Shown piece by piece: positions 29,861 to 39,198 of a DNA stretch of 64,000 bases. Origin of the DNA: Candidatus Sericytochromatia bacterium (GTDB lineage: Bacteria; Cyanobacteriota; Sericytochromatia; S15B-MN24; VGJW01); NCBI GenBank assembly GCA_035286125.1, contig JAYKIS010000003.1, forward strand, positions 6,264-70,263, given 5' to 3'. The translations under genes were made by a program, and so were the position numbers. The notes under the pieces were generated by a model, which ran no database searches, was not told the origin of the DNA, and worked only from the letters and a program-made list of their open reading frames with translations. The stretch's first letter is position 1. Each line of letters begins with the position of its first letter.

Positions 29861-31774
29861 CTACGCGGCAAGCAGGGTCCCGCAATTGGGACAACCCTTC
29901 CAGCCCTCTTCCACCCGCTGGTGGCACTGTGGGCACATCTTCTTGAGATCCACCTGACAGAAGGGACACTTGATGAACTCGTCCCCGACGGGATTACGAC
30001 ACCCGGGACAGAGTTTCTCTTCGCCTTCGCCGGAGAACGTCACGCGGACGACCTCCTCCAGCGAGGTGTGGCCATCCCGGACCAGCTTCAAGGAATAGTC
30101 CTTGAGCGTCACCATGCCGCTCTGCTTGGCCGCGTAGCGAATCAGGGCCGTCGAAGCGCCACGACCCACCAGATCACGAAGCTCGTCGTTCATCTTCATG
30201 ATCTCGTAGACGCCCAGGCGCCCCGAATAGCCCTTGTTGCACTGGGGGCAACCCACGGCCTTGTGGAAAGTCGGCAGGGCACCGGGATCATAGCGGTAAC
30301 CGACAAAGTCGAGATCACGAACCTCGGGCGTGTAGGGAACCTTGCAGGACGAGCAGAGGCGACGGACGAGCCGCTGGGCGACGACGCCAATGGTCGCGGC
30401 GGACACCAGGAAGCCCTCGACCCCCATCTCGGAGAGCCTCATGATGGCTCCGGGCGCGTCGTTGGTATGCAGCGAGGTGAACACCAGGTGCCCCGTAAGG
30501 GCGGACTCGATGGCGATCTTGGCAACCTCGTAGTCGCGCGTCTCGCCAATCAGCATGATGTCCGGATCCTGCCTCAGGAAGGCCTTGAGGATGCGGGCAA
30601 AGGTGTAACCGATCTCGGGACGCGCCTGGCACTGGATGAGGCCCGGGGCATCGTATTCGATGGGGTCTTCGGCCGTGGAGATATTGACGTCCGGCGTGTT
30701 GCGCTCGTTCAGGATCGAATAGAGCGTGGTCGTCTTGCCTGAGCCCGTAGGTCCCGTCACGAAGATGATGCCGAAAGGGCGGTTGGCCATCTCGCGCACC
30801 AGTTCGAGGTCCTCGGGATAGAGGAACAGCTTGTCGAGCCCCAGAGTCGTGCTGCCCTTGTCCAGGATACGCATGCAGACCTTCTCGCCATGCTTGGACG
30901 GCAATGTCGACACGCGGAAGTCCACATCCCGATTCTTGAAACGCACGCGGATGCGGCCATCCTGAGGCAACCGCTTCTCCGAGATATCCAGCGAAGCCAT
31001 GATCTTGAAACGGCTCACGAGGGCGGGCAGGAACTTCTTGGGAATCAGGGACTGCTTGTGCAGCAGGCCGTCGATGCGATATCGGACCTGGACCTCGTTC
31101 TCGAAAGGTTCTATGTGGATGTCCGAGACCTTCTTGCCGCCCAGCGCGCCCGTCAGGATAGAGTTGGCAAGCTTGATGATGGGCGATTCCTCGCTCATCC
31201 GCTCGAGGTCAGTGACCTTGAGGTTGTCCTCCTTCTGCTCGATCATCTCGATGTCGTCATCGCCGGCCAGGTCGCCCAGAACGGATGCGAGGTCGGGCAC
31301 GGCCCCGCCGGAACCCTGAGCGGCAACTTGCTCGGGCGATTCGCCGCGCATCTGGTCCAGGAACCAGAAGAACTCGTCCTCGGTGATGACAACCTGCTGG
31401 ATGGATATGCCCTTGAGCATGAACCTGACGTCATCCAGCGCGATCAGATTCTGGGGGTCGACCATCGCCAGTTGCAGACGATTGTTCGTCAGCGACACCG
31501 GCACGATCATGTGCTGCCGGATCAGGTTCTCCGGGATGAGTTTCAGGACCTCGGGCGGAACCTTGGTCTTGCGCAGGTTGATGTAGCGCAAGCCGTACTG
31601 CAACTCGAGCGCGTCCTTGATCGTCGCCTCGGTGACATAGCCCTGCTTGATCAGGATGAGCCCGAGGGACTCCTTCGAGGCCTTCTGCACCTCGACGGCC
31701 TGGGCGAGTTGGGCCTCGGTGATCGCGTTCGCATTGAGCAGGATCTCCCCGAGCTTCATCTTGACGATGGCCAA
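29861..31774 (-). CDS. pilB: Type IV pilus extension ATPase PilB (GspE family) with extra C-terminal double zinc ribbon
   Basis: GSPII_E N-terminal domain, Walker A GPTGSGKTTT, canonical tetracysteine CSSC...CPQC, plus an additional ~55 aa CPGC-CPFC-CPQC-CPNC tail. Confidence 0.9.
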   Translation of the reverse strand: MAIVKMKLGEILLNANAITEAQLAQAVEVQKASKESLGLILIKQGYVTEATIKDALELQYGLRYINLRKTKVPPEVLKLIPENLIRQHMIVPVSLTNNRLQLAMVDPQNLIALDDVRFMLKGISIQQVVITEDEFFWFLDQMRGESPEQVAAQGSGGAVPDLASVLGDLAGDDDIEMIEQKEDNLKVTDLERMSEESPIIKLANSILTGALGGKKVSDIHIEPFENEVQVRYRIDGLLHKQSLIPKKFLPALVSRFKIMASLDISEKRLPQDGRIRVRFKNRDVDFRVSTLPSKHGEKVCMRILDKGSTTLGLDKLFLYPEDLELVREMANRPFGIIFVTGPTGSGKTTTLYSILNERNTPDVNISTAEDPIEYDAPGLIQCQARPEIGYTFARILKAFLRQDPDIMLIGETRDYEVAKIAIESALTGHLVFTSLHTNDAPGAIMRLSEMGVEGFLVSAATIGVVAQRLVRRLCSSCKVPYTPEVRDLDFVGYRYDPGALPTFHKAVGCPQCNKGYSGRLGVYEIMKMNDELRDLVGRGASTALIRYAAKQSGMVTLKDYSLKLVRDGHTSLEEVVRVTFSGEGEEKLCPGCRNPVGDEFIKCPFCQVDLKKMCPQCHQRVEEGWKGCPNCGTLLAA

Positions 31775-31849
31775 GGTGTCCTACCCTCCGTAACAACAAC
31801 GCATGCAAAAGGTCCTGAAGGGTTACTTACCCGCCCGGAGCCCGTTGTC

Positions 31850-33691
31850 TCAAGTGTCGCGGGTCGAGATGACTTCCCAGACCCCGCCGATGTCCAGTTC
31901 CGCCACCCCTTCGGCAAGCACGACGAGAACGCCGATCTCGAGCCCGACGATCATCAGCGAGCCCTCGCTGCAATCCATCATGGCCCAGCCCAGCTTGCCG
32001 ACTTGCATCTTTCGGACCTGGACCTCCAGGTTGGCGAACATCGAGGACGCAATCGCTCCCAGCATTTCACGGTCATGATCCGAGGTGAGCTGGGCCGAGA
32101 TAACGAGGCCATCCCGGCCGACAATCAAGGCACCCGACGCACCGCGAACCGCCTGGATGCGCTGGAGCATCTGGTCCAGCTCCTCGCCACGCGCCGACGT
32201 GATGAGCCGGGTACGGCCATCTCCTCCTTCGCCACGGTCGATGATCTTCTTGAGCTGGTTCTGGTCCACGAGCATCTTGCCCACGGAGACCAAGCCGTCA
32301 GGACGCGGCGGCTCGGGTATCCCGGCGGGAGGCGCAGGCACGCCGGGCGTGGCCGTAGGCGGCTCCGGAGCGACAGGCGGCGGCGCAGGCGGCATCAGGG
32401 GTGCCTCGGGGACAACGGCTTCAAGCGGAGGCAGATAGGCGGCCTCCGGCGCGACTGGCGCCTGCCAGCCAGCATCGCCACCCTCGACCGGCGGTTGCCA
32501 GGCGACCTCTGCAGTCTCGGCAGGAGCCTGCCAACCACCCTCGACAGGCGGTTGCCAACCGGCATCGGCACCCTCGACTGGAGCCTGCCAACCCCCGTCG
32601 GCACGAGGCTGCCAACCGGCATCAGCGCCCTCGACTGGCGCCTGCCAGCCACCGTCGGCAGGAGGCTGCCAACCGGCATCAGCGCCCTCGACAGGGGGCT
32701 GCCAGCCGGCATCGGCACCTTCGACAGGCGCTTGCCACCCGCCGTCGGCAGGCGGTTGCCAGCCGGCATCGGCACCTTCGCCAGGGGCTTGCCATCCGCC
32801 GTCGGCAGGGGGCTGCCAGCCGGCATCAGCGCCCTCGGCAGGAGCCTGCCAGCCCCCTTCAGCAGTTTCGGGAGGGGCCTGCCAGCCGGCATCCGTCGCC
32901 GGTGCGGCATCTTGCCATCCCTCGACGACAGGTGCATCCGCGGCAACAGGTGCGGTCTCAGCGGCGCCGGGCAACATGCCCATGAACTCACCCATCAGGT
33001 CCGCTGCCGGCGACGAGACGGGTGCTTCCGGGTGGGCAGCCTCGGCTGCAGGTTGCGGGACCGGGGCAGCTGGCGCCACGGGCGCTGCGGGCTGTGGTTC
33101 GAAGCTGTCGAAGAGACTGTCCAGCGAGGCATCGACGCCATCAGGAAACAGCTTGTTGGGGTCCGAGGCAGCGGCATCCTCGGTCTGCTGGGGGACTGGT
33201 GCCGGAGCAGGTACCGCCATCTGGGGCGCTGGTCCGGGGGACTGTTCCCAACTGCTCGAGGCTCCCCAGCCATCATCCGCAGGGACATCCGACGCAGCCG
33301 GATCCTCGGCAGTCGCCGAACCACTCAGCCAATCCTGCCCCATCGGACCGGCATCGGCCCAATCGGTGGCAGCGGCCCCGCCATCGCCTTCGGCAGCGGA
33401 AGCCCAGGCATCACCGCTCTCACCCCAGTTCGCCTCACCGCCCCAATTGCTGTCCGAGGAGTCCCAACCGGCCTCGGCGGCCAGCGACGTCTCCTCGTCG
33501 GACCAACCGGCGTCATCGGCCACGGGCGCCGCATCACCGCCCTTGCGCTTCTTGCCCTTGGCAGGCTTTGCCTTGCCCTTGCCCCCCGGCAACAAGCGTG
33601 CGAGGAAGCCCATCAGGCCACCGTAGGGGGCCTTGCCGGACTTGCCCTTCCCCTTGCCCTTCGTGGCGGCTTTGGACCTTTGCCTTGCCAT
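31850..33691 (-). CDS. Roadblock/LC7 (MglB-like) domain protein with long disordered N-terminal region: polybasic KG-rich head and at least 11 acidic Trp-containing tandem repeats
   Basis: C-terminal ~110 aa VRGASGALIVGRDGLVISAQLTSD...LGAIASSMFANLEV...LMIVGLEIGVLVVLAEG has the Robl/LC7 pattern. The N-terminus opens KGKGKGKSGKAPYGG...KGKAKPAKGKKRKGG and then carries repeating GWQAPVEGADAGWQPPADG units. Confidence 0.7.
   Translation of the reverse strand: MARQRSKAATKGKGKGKSGKAPYGGLMGFLARLLPGGKGKAKPAKGKKRKGGDAAPVADDAGWSDEETSLAAEAGWDSSDSNWGGEANWGESGDAWASAAEGDGGAAATDWADAGPMGQDWLSGSATAEDPAASDVPADDGWGASSSWEQSPGPAPQMAVPAPAPVPQQTEDAAASDPNKLFPDGVDASLDSLFDSFEPQPAAPVAPAAPVPQPAAEAAHPEAPVSSPAADLMGEFMGMLPGAAETAPVAADAPVVEGWQDAAPATDAGWQAPPETAEGGWQAPAEGADAGWQPPADGGWQAPGEGADAGWQPPADGGWQAPVEGADAGWQPPVEGADAGWQPPADGGWQAPVEGADAGWQPRADGGWQAPVEGADAGWQPPVEGGWQAPAETAEVAWQPPVEGGDAGWQAPVAPEAAYLPPLEAVVPEAPLMPPAPPPVAPEPPTATPGVPAPPAGIPEPPRPDGLVSVGKMLVDQNQLKKIIDRGEGGDGRTRLITSARGEELDQMLQRIQAVRGASGALIVGRDGLVISAQLTSDHDREMLGAIASSMFANLEVQVRKMQVGKLGWAMMDCSEGSLMIVGLEIGVLVVLAEGVAELDIGGVWEVISTRDT
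32400..32900 (-). repeat. Coding tandem DNA repeats (about 27-30 and 57-nt periodicity) encoding the GWQ decapeptide array
   Basis: Direct near-identical repeats visible in the sequence (ggcgcctgccagcc...gccctcgac...), in frame within the 31850..33691 ORF. Confidence 0.7.
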
Positions 33692-33798
33692 GCGTGTTCC
33701 TCGAGAAGCGCGTTCTGACCGGGCCGAACAAGGTCAGGACGACATGCTATGTTACCCGGGCCCCGACGATTCTCACGCCGGCCGCCTGAGGCTGCGGA

Positions 33799-36177
33799 TC
33801 AGCTGCGCCGACGCGCCCCGAGTCGACGTTCGAGTTCGGCCAGCAAGCCAGCCTCGAGGGCTTCAACCTCGGCATCTTTCAAGGTCCGATCCTCGGCCCC
33901 GAAATCCAGGGCCATCGCGAGGCTGACCGAGCCGTCGGGCAACCCGGGGCCGGCATAGCGATCAAAGCAGCGCACGGAGCGTACGGCCTGCCTGCCTGCA
34001 TCGCGAATGATCTCCTCGACCTCTGCCGCCGTCACCGTCGCCGCCACCACGACCGCGAGATCGCGACGTGCAACCGGATGGCGATCGAAAGGCCGGAAAA
34101 GGCGTGGGCCGGTATCAGCGGCTAGCGCGGGCAGCCGTGCCTCAACCAGGACCACACGCCCCCAGGCTGCCAAATCGAGCCTTTCAAGGAGTTCGGGATG
34201 CACCTCGGCTGCCACGCAGGCTCCCGAGGGCCCACCCTGGGCCGTTCGTCCGGGCTGAAGGCCGGGTAGGGTCGTAGCCCGCCATCCGGCTGTCCCGGCC
34301 ACACCCAGGCAAGACATGAGCGACTCGAGCAGTCCTTGTCCCCAACGGACGTCCGGTTGCAGGGCCTGAGGCACATGAAGCCAAGGCCCGGTCTCGAGGG
34401 CACCCGCGATCAGCGCTGCGAAACGCTGCTCCTCGCGAATCACCCCCTCCTCAACCCACGCGACCTGACCTATCTCGAAGAACACCGCCCGGTCTGCCCC
34501 GTCGCGCCGACGGCGGGCCGCGATATCGAGCAACCCGGGCCAGAGGGAACGTCGAAGGACCTGGAAGTCGCCCATGCCCTCGGCAACGGCGACGGCAGGC
34601 CACGACACGAAGAAATCGTCCCGATGGGCCGGAACGAGAGAGGGCAGAACCACCTCATCCAGGCCGGCGGCGGTGGCCCAGCCGCGCAACGTCGCCGCGA
34701 GATCCGGCTTGCCGGCGCCCGCGACCCGGACCATCGGGGGCAGAATAGCCGGCACCGCATCGAGACCACACTGGAAGGCGACTTCCTCGACGAGGTCCAC
34801 CTCACGCTGCAGGTCGAGGCGTCGCCAATCAGGGGGCGTGACCCGCCAGGTCGCACCGGTGGCATCCACCCTGGCACCGATACGCGCAAGAGCGGCGAGC
34901 TGGCCTTGATCCTGAACATCATGGCCAAGCAATCCACGGGTTCGCGCTGGCCGGAATGACACGACAGGAGCAACGATGGCGTCGGGATCCGGAACCAGAT
35001 CCGCCACCTGACCGGGAGTGCCACCGGCAACGTCCACGATGCGCCGCACGGCCTCGGCAAGCAGGGCGGGAACAGCTGCTGCATCCACACCACGCGAGAA
35101 ACGCTGGGCAGATTCCGAGTTCACCTGGTGGCGCCGGGCCGTCGCACGAACAGCAGCCGGATCGAAACTGGCCGCCTCGAGCAGCAAGGCCGTCGTACCC
35201 GCGTGGACGGCCGTCGCCTGACCGCCCATCACGCCCGCAAGGGCGACAGGCCTGTCCGCATCCGCAACCACCAGGTCGGCCCCATCCAGTTGCACCACGC
35301 GACCGTCAAGAAGGGCAAGCGTCTCGCCGGCCTTGCCCATGCGGACTTCCACGCGCCCTCCCTGCAGGCACTGGGCATCAAAGGCATGCATCGGCTGACC
35401 GAACTCGAGCAACATCATGTTGGTGACATCGACGATGGCATCCACAGCGCGCAAGCCGGCCGCTTCGAGGATGCGCGCAACCTTGGGCAAGGAAGGAGTC
35501 ACGCGCACTCCCTCGATGGCACAGGCGGCATAGCGCCAGACACCCTCTGGCGCCATGGTCAGATGAGGTGCCACGGGTCCACCTGGCGGCATACCATCCG
35601 GGGTCGGCATGGGCACCAGTTGGCCCACACCCAGCGCCGCCAACTCACGTGCCACACCATGGGCCGACAAGAGATCACCGCGATGGGCTGGCACGGCCAG
35701 TTCAAGCACGACCTCCCCCAGGTCCATCGCTTCGGCAATGGGCATCCCCAACTCGGTTTCCGAAGGCAGGACCCAGACGCCCTCGACGCCATCCCCGAGC
35801 GCCAGTTCCTCGAGCGAGCAGAACATGCCCTGGGACATCACGCCCCGCATCTTCGAGGCGGCAATGGCCTTGCCCGTCGGCAGGACCGCCCCATCCAGCG
35901 CGACAGGCACGATATCTCCGGCCTGAACATTGGTCGCGGCCGTGACGATCTGCAAGGCACCTGCAGCGCCGGCATCCACCGCACAAACACGAAGTCGATC
36001 TGCATCCGGATGGGCTGCGGCCTCGACGATACGTCCCGTGATGACCCGATCCATCCCCGGCGCGAAGCGCTCGACACCTTCGAGCTCAAGGGGGGAGCGC
36101 GCGAGCGTCGCGCTGACCTCGCTCAGGCTCCAGGTCCCTCCAAGGCGGCCGCGCAGCAGATTCAGGGGCAGACGCAC
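33799..36177 (-). CDS. pheT: Phenylalanyl-tRNA synthetase beta subunit
   Basis: N-terminal tRNA-binding domain, B3/4 and B5 domains, 792 aa. Confidence 0.95.
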   Translation of the reverse strand: MRLPLNLLRGRLGGTWSLSEVSATLARSPLELEGVERFAPGMDRVITGRIVEAAAHPDADRLRVCAVDAGAAGALQIVTAATNVQAGDIVPVALDGAVLPTGKAIAASKMRGVMSQGMFCSLEELALGDGVEGVWVLPSETELGMPIAEAMDLGEVVLELAVPAHRGDLLSAHGVARELAALGVGQLVPMPTPDGMPPGGPVAPHLTMAPEGVWRYAACAIEGVRVTPSLPKVARILEAAGLRAVDAIVDVTNMMLLEFGQPMHAFDAQCLQGGRVEVRMGKAGETLALLDGRVVQLDGADLVVADADRPVALAGVMGGQATAVHAGTTALLLEAASFDPAAVRATARRHQVNSESAQRFSRGVDAAAVPALLAEAVRRIVDVAGGTPGQVADLVPDPDAIVAPVVSFRPARTRGLLGHDVQDQGQLAALARIGARVDATGATWRVTPPDWRRLDLQREVDLVEEVAFQCGLDAVPAILPPMVRVAGAGKPDLAATLRGWATAAGLDEVVLPSLVPAHRDDFFVSWPAVAVAEGMGDFQVLRRSLWPGLLDIAARRRRDGADRAVFFEIGQVAWVEEGVIREEQRFAALIAGALETGPWLHVPQALQPDVRWGQGLLESLMSCLGVAGTAGWRATTLPGLQPGRTAQGGPSGACVAAEVHPELLERLDLAAWGRVVLVEARLPALAADTGPRLFRPFDRHPVARRDLAVVVAATVTAAEVEEIIRDAGRQAVRSVRCFDRYAGPGLPDGSVSLAMALDFGAEDRTLKDAEVEALEAGLLAELERRLGARRRS

Positions 36178-36186
36178 GGCACTCTC

Positions 36187-37218
36187 CTAGAACTGGGCCA
36201 AGAAACGGGCATCGTTCTCCCACAGCAGGCGGATATCCGGAATCCGGTGCCGCAGCATGGCAATGCGCTCCACACCAAGACCGAAGGCGAAGCCCGAATA
36301 ACGCTCGGAATCGATGCCTACGGCCCCGAGGACTGCCGGATCCACCATCCCGCAGCCAAGTATCTCCAGCCAGCCCGTATGGGAGCAGACCCTGCAGCCC
36401 GCGCCCTCGCAGAAGACGCAACGAACATCCATCTCTGCCGAAGGTTCCGTGAAGGGGAAGAAACTGGGCCGCAACCTCATGGGCGTCCCGGGGCCGAAGA
36501 CACCGTCGGCAAAGGCCTGCAGCACACCCTTGAGGTGGGCAAAGGTGATGCCCTCATCCACGTGCAGGCCCTCGAGCTGGTGAAACATCGGGAAGTGGCG
36601 CGGCGTCACGGCGTCGCGACGATACACCCGACCCGGAGCAATGATCCGGATGGGAGGCCTTCCCGCTGCCATGTGGCGAATCTGGACAGACGAGGTCTGG
36701 GTGCGGAGCAGGCGACCGTCCGGCAGGTAGAACGTATCTTTGGGGTCCCGGGCCGGGTGATCATCCGGGGTATTGAGCGCCGAAAAGTTGTGCCAGGCGT
36801 CCTCGACCTCCGGACCCTCGGCAAGCCCATAGCCCAAGCTACCGAAAAGGGCAACCAACTCGTCACGGACCTGGGACAGGACGTGCGCATGGCCCATCGG
36901 GCGACCGATGGAAGGCATCGAGAGATCCAACGCTTCGGATTCGATACGCGCAGCCGTCTCGGCCGCACGGAGCAGACGCTCCCTCTCCGCGTGAGCAGCC
37001 TCAAGGGCCACCTTGAGACGATTGACGGCCCCGCCATAGGGCTTGCGCTCTTCCGCCGGCAAGGTCGGAATCATCTTGAGGGCCTGGGTGACCCGACCGC
37101 GCTCACGACCGAGGAACTCGGTCAGCCAGGCCTCGAGTCCAGCCGTCGTCGACACCGTGCCCAGACGATCAAGCGCTTCCCGCTCAATCGCCCCGAGTGC
37201 TTCCTGAGCGGTCGTCAT
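36187..37218 (-). CDS. pheS: Phenylalanyl-tRNA synthetase alpha subunit
   Basis: Class II aaRS motifs (FRPSFFPFTEPS, GCGMVDP). Confidence 0.95.
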   Translation of the reverse strand: MTTAQEALGAIEREALDRLGTVSTTAGLEAWLTEFLGRERGRVTQALKMIPTLPAEERKPYGGAVNRLKVALEAAHAERERLLRAAETAARIESEALDLSMPSIGRPMGHAHVLSQVRDELVALFGSLGYGLAEGPEVEDAWHNFSALNTPDDHPARDPKDTFYLPDGRLLRTQTSSVQIRHMAAGRPPIRIIAPGRVYRRDAVTPRHFPMFHQLEGLHVDEGITFAHLKGVLQAFADGVFGPGTPMRLRPSFFPFTEPSAEMDVRCVFCEGAGCRVCSHTGWLEILGCGMVDPAVLGAVGIDSERYSGFAFGLGVERIAMLRHRIPDIRLLWENDARFLAQF

Positions 37219-37255
37219 CCGTCAAATCCGTTTGCAGGCATGCCCGCGGAGGGCA

Positions 37256-37711
37256 TCAGAAGGGGTACGGACCGTCGAAGTCCGCCTCGCCGGCTCCCCA
37301 CGGGTCTGCGTCGGCCGCAGGCAAAACCGCCTTGGGCGCGACGGGGCGTTCCGCATCATAGGCTGACGTCGAGGCAGGAAGACCAGCATCCAGCGAAGCG
37401 CCGATCGCCTGAACGACAGCAGCCTCGATGAAGATCCGGGTCGCGTTCTGCTCGTCCCGGAACGTCTTCATGCGTCCCTCGACGGCCACGACCGACCCGG
37501 GCTTCAACTGAGCCGCCACCTCGGCCTGCCGCCCGACGGCCTCGACGGAGAAGATGTCGAAACGTGGAGCATCCTGCTCGTTCCGCGCCGGCTTGGAAAC
37601 ACGAATGCGGAAACGGGTCAGATCGTAGCCTGTGGGCGTGGTACCACGATGCGGCACACCCTGGGCGTCGGTATCGACCGTACCCACGAGCACAATCTGG
37701 TTGACCGACAC
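37256..37711 (-). CDS. ssb: Single-stranded DNA-binding protein
   Basis: OB-fold N-terminus, acidic C-terminal tail ...DFDGPYPF. Confidence 0.9.
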   Translation of the reverse strand: MSVNQIVLVGTVDTDAQGVPHRGTTPTGYDLTRFRIRVSKPARNEQDAPRFDIFSVEAVGRQAEVAAQLKPGSVVAVEGRMKTFRDEQNATRIFIEAAVVQAIGASLDAGLPASTSAYDAERPVAPKAVLPAADADPWGAGEADFDGPYPF

Positions 37712-37721
37712 GCGCCTGCTC

Positions 37722-38057
37722 CTAGGCTTCGGCCGGTGCGGCCGCAGCCTTGGTCTGGATGGGGCCGGCCTCTTCCTGCGTCAGGATCATGGCCCGGAGG
37801 AAGTCATCCGAGATGGCGAACATGCGACGGAGCTCGTCGAGGAGGAGCTGCGCACCCTCGAAGTTGACGAGGCAGTAGGTCCCTTCGCGCTGATCGTTCA
37901 CTTCATAGGCCAGACGGCGCTTGCCCTTCTTCTCGTGGCGGACGACCGAGCCGCCGAACTTGGCGATCAGATCCTCGACCTGCTTCATGGCCGCATCCAC
38001 CTGCTCATCCTCGAGCTGGGGACGGACGATGTACATCGACTCGTAAGCCTTGGTCAC
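37722..38057 (-). CDS. rpsF: 30S ribosomal protein S6
   Basis: MTKAYESMYIVRPQLEDEQ...RRLAYEV signature. Confidence 0.9.
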   Translation of the reverse strand: MTKAYESMYIVRPQLEDEQVDAAMKQVEDLIAKFGGSVVRHEKKGKRRLAYEVNDQREGTYCLVNFEGAQLLLDELRRMFAISDDFLRAMILTQEEAGPIQTKAAAAPAEA

Positions 38058-38166
38058 GACAATGTCTCCACACGGACAACGGCCCGCCGCCTGCGGCGGT
38101 CGAACAAAAGGGATGAAGCTTCAGCGTACCACGTCAGCCCCCTTCGGGAAAGGGGGCCCAACTCCG

Positions 38167-39198
38167 TCAGGCAGTCGCCTGGGCCGACGGGGCCTGACCG
38201 GAAGGCGGCAGCTTCGCAGCCGCGCGATCCCGCCAGAGGACCAGCAGGGGCGCCGCATTGAAGATGCTGCTGTAGGTGCCTGAAACGATGCCGATGAGCA
38301 TCGCGAGGCAGAAGAAGAAGATGCTCGAACCGCCGAAGAGGACCAACGGAATCAACGTCAGGACGACGGTCAGGCTGGTATTGACCGAACGCGCGAAAGT
38401 CTGGTTGACGCTGCGGTTGGCCACGTCCCCGAAGGTGTCGCCCTTGCGCGCCAGACCAAGGTTCTCGCGGAAACGGTCGAAGATGACGATGGTGTCGTGG
38501 ACCGAGAAGCCCATCACCGTGAGCAAAGCCGTCACGAGGAGACCGTCCGCCTCGGCACCGAGTGTCAGGCTGAGAATCGCGAACGAGCCAAGCATCACGA
38601 CGACGTCGTGAACCATCGCGGCGATGGCGCACATCGCGAAGTCGAACTGGTAGCGCACGGCGATGTAGCCCAGGATGACCAGGATGCCCGCGGCAAGGGC
38701 CAGCATCGCGTTGCGGAGCAACTCGGCACCAATCTTGGGCCCGACCGTCTCGATGCGCTCGGGCACGAAGGTACCGAGACCGGACTTCCCGGCAAGTTCG
38801 GACTTGAGCTGGCCGACCTCCGAAGCGGTCAGCGTCCGGGTCCGCAGGATCAGCGTCGACCCTTCGACGCTACCCGAGGCATCCCGTTGCGCCGTCTCAA
38901 GCACCTCCTGAATCTCGCCTTCGACCTTGTGGCCATCCAGACTGATGGTCCCGAGTGCGTCTCGAAGTTGCTCGACGGAGACCACCCTGTCGAAACGCAA
39001 CTGCAGGAGCGAGCCCCCCACGAAGTCGATCCCCAGCTTGACCGGGGCACCGAACCGCGAGAAGCACATCACGATGGCGATGATGCCCGGGATCATCATG
39101 GCGGCCGAGATTCCGAACCACAGGGTCTTGCGGCCCATCACGTCGATGAGGGGCGCAGGCTCCGGCGCTCCGGCGGGTGCAGTGTTCTCGACGGCCAT
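38167..39198 (-). CDS. secF: Protein translocase subunit SecF
   Basis: SecF family with 6 TM helices. Adjacent to and overlapping secD by 1 nt. Confidence 0.9.
   Translation of the reverse strand: MAVENTAPAGAPEPAPLIDVMGRKTLWFGISAAMMIPGIIAIVMCFSRFGAPVKLGIDFVGGSLLQLRFDRVVSVEQLRDALGTISLDGHKVEGEIQEVLETAQRDASGSVEGSTLILRTRTLTASEVGQLKSELAGKSGLGTFVPERIETVGPKIGAELLRNAMLALAAGILVILGYIAVRYQFDFAMCAIAAMVHDVVVMLGSFAILSLTLGAEADGLLVTALLTVMGFSVHDTIVIFDRFRENLGLARKGDTFGDVANRSVNQTFARSVNTSLTVVLTLIPLVLFGGSSIFFFCLAMLIGIVSGTYSSIFNAAPLLVLWRDRAAAKLPPSGQAPSAQATA

Noticed and set aside
28608-29957. 449-aa plus-strand ORF
   Set aside because: Antisense to pilT, which has Walker A and full PilT similarity on the minus strand.
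32400-32900. Possible CRISPR array (regular direct repeats)
   Set aside because: The repeats are in frame within a long ORF and encode a peptide repeat. There are no unique spacers and no cas genes.
30890-33718. 942-aa plus-strand ORF
   Set aside because: Antisense to pilB and the Roadblock gene. Highly repetitive Arg/Gly/Leu/Pro translation. The opposite strand has clear domains.
35128-37431. 767-aa plus-strand ORF
   Set aside because: Antisense to pheT and pheS.
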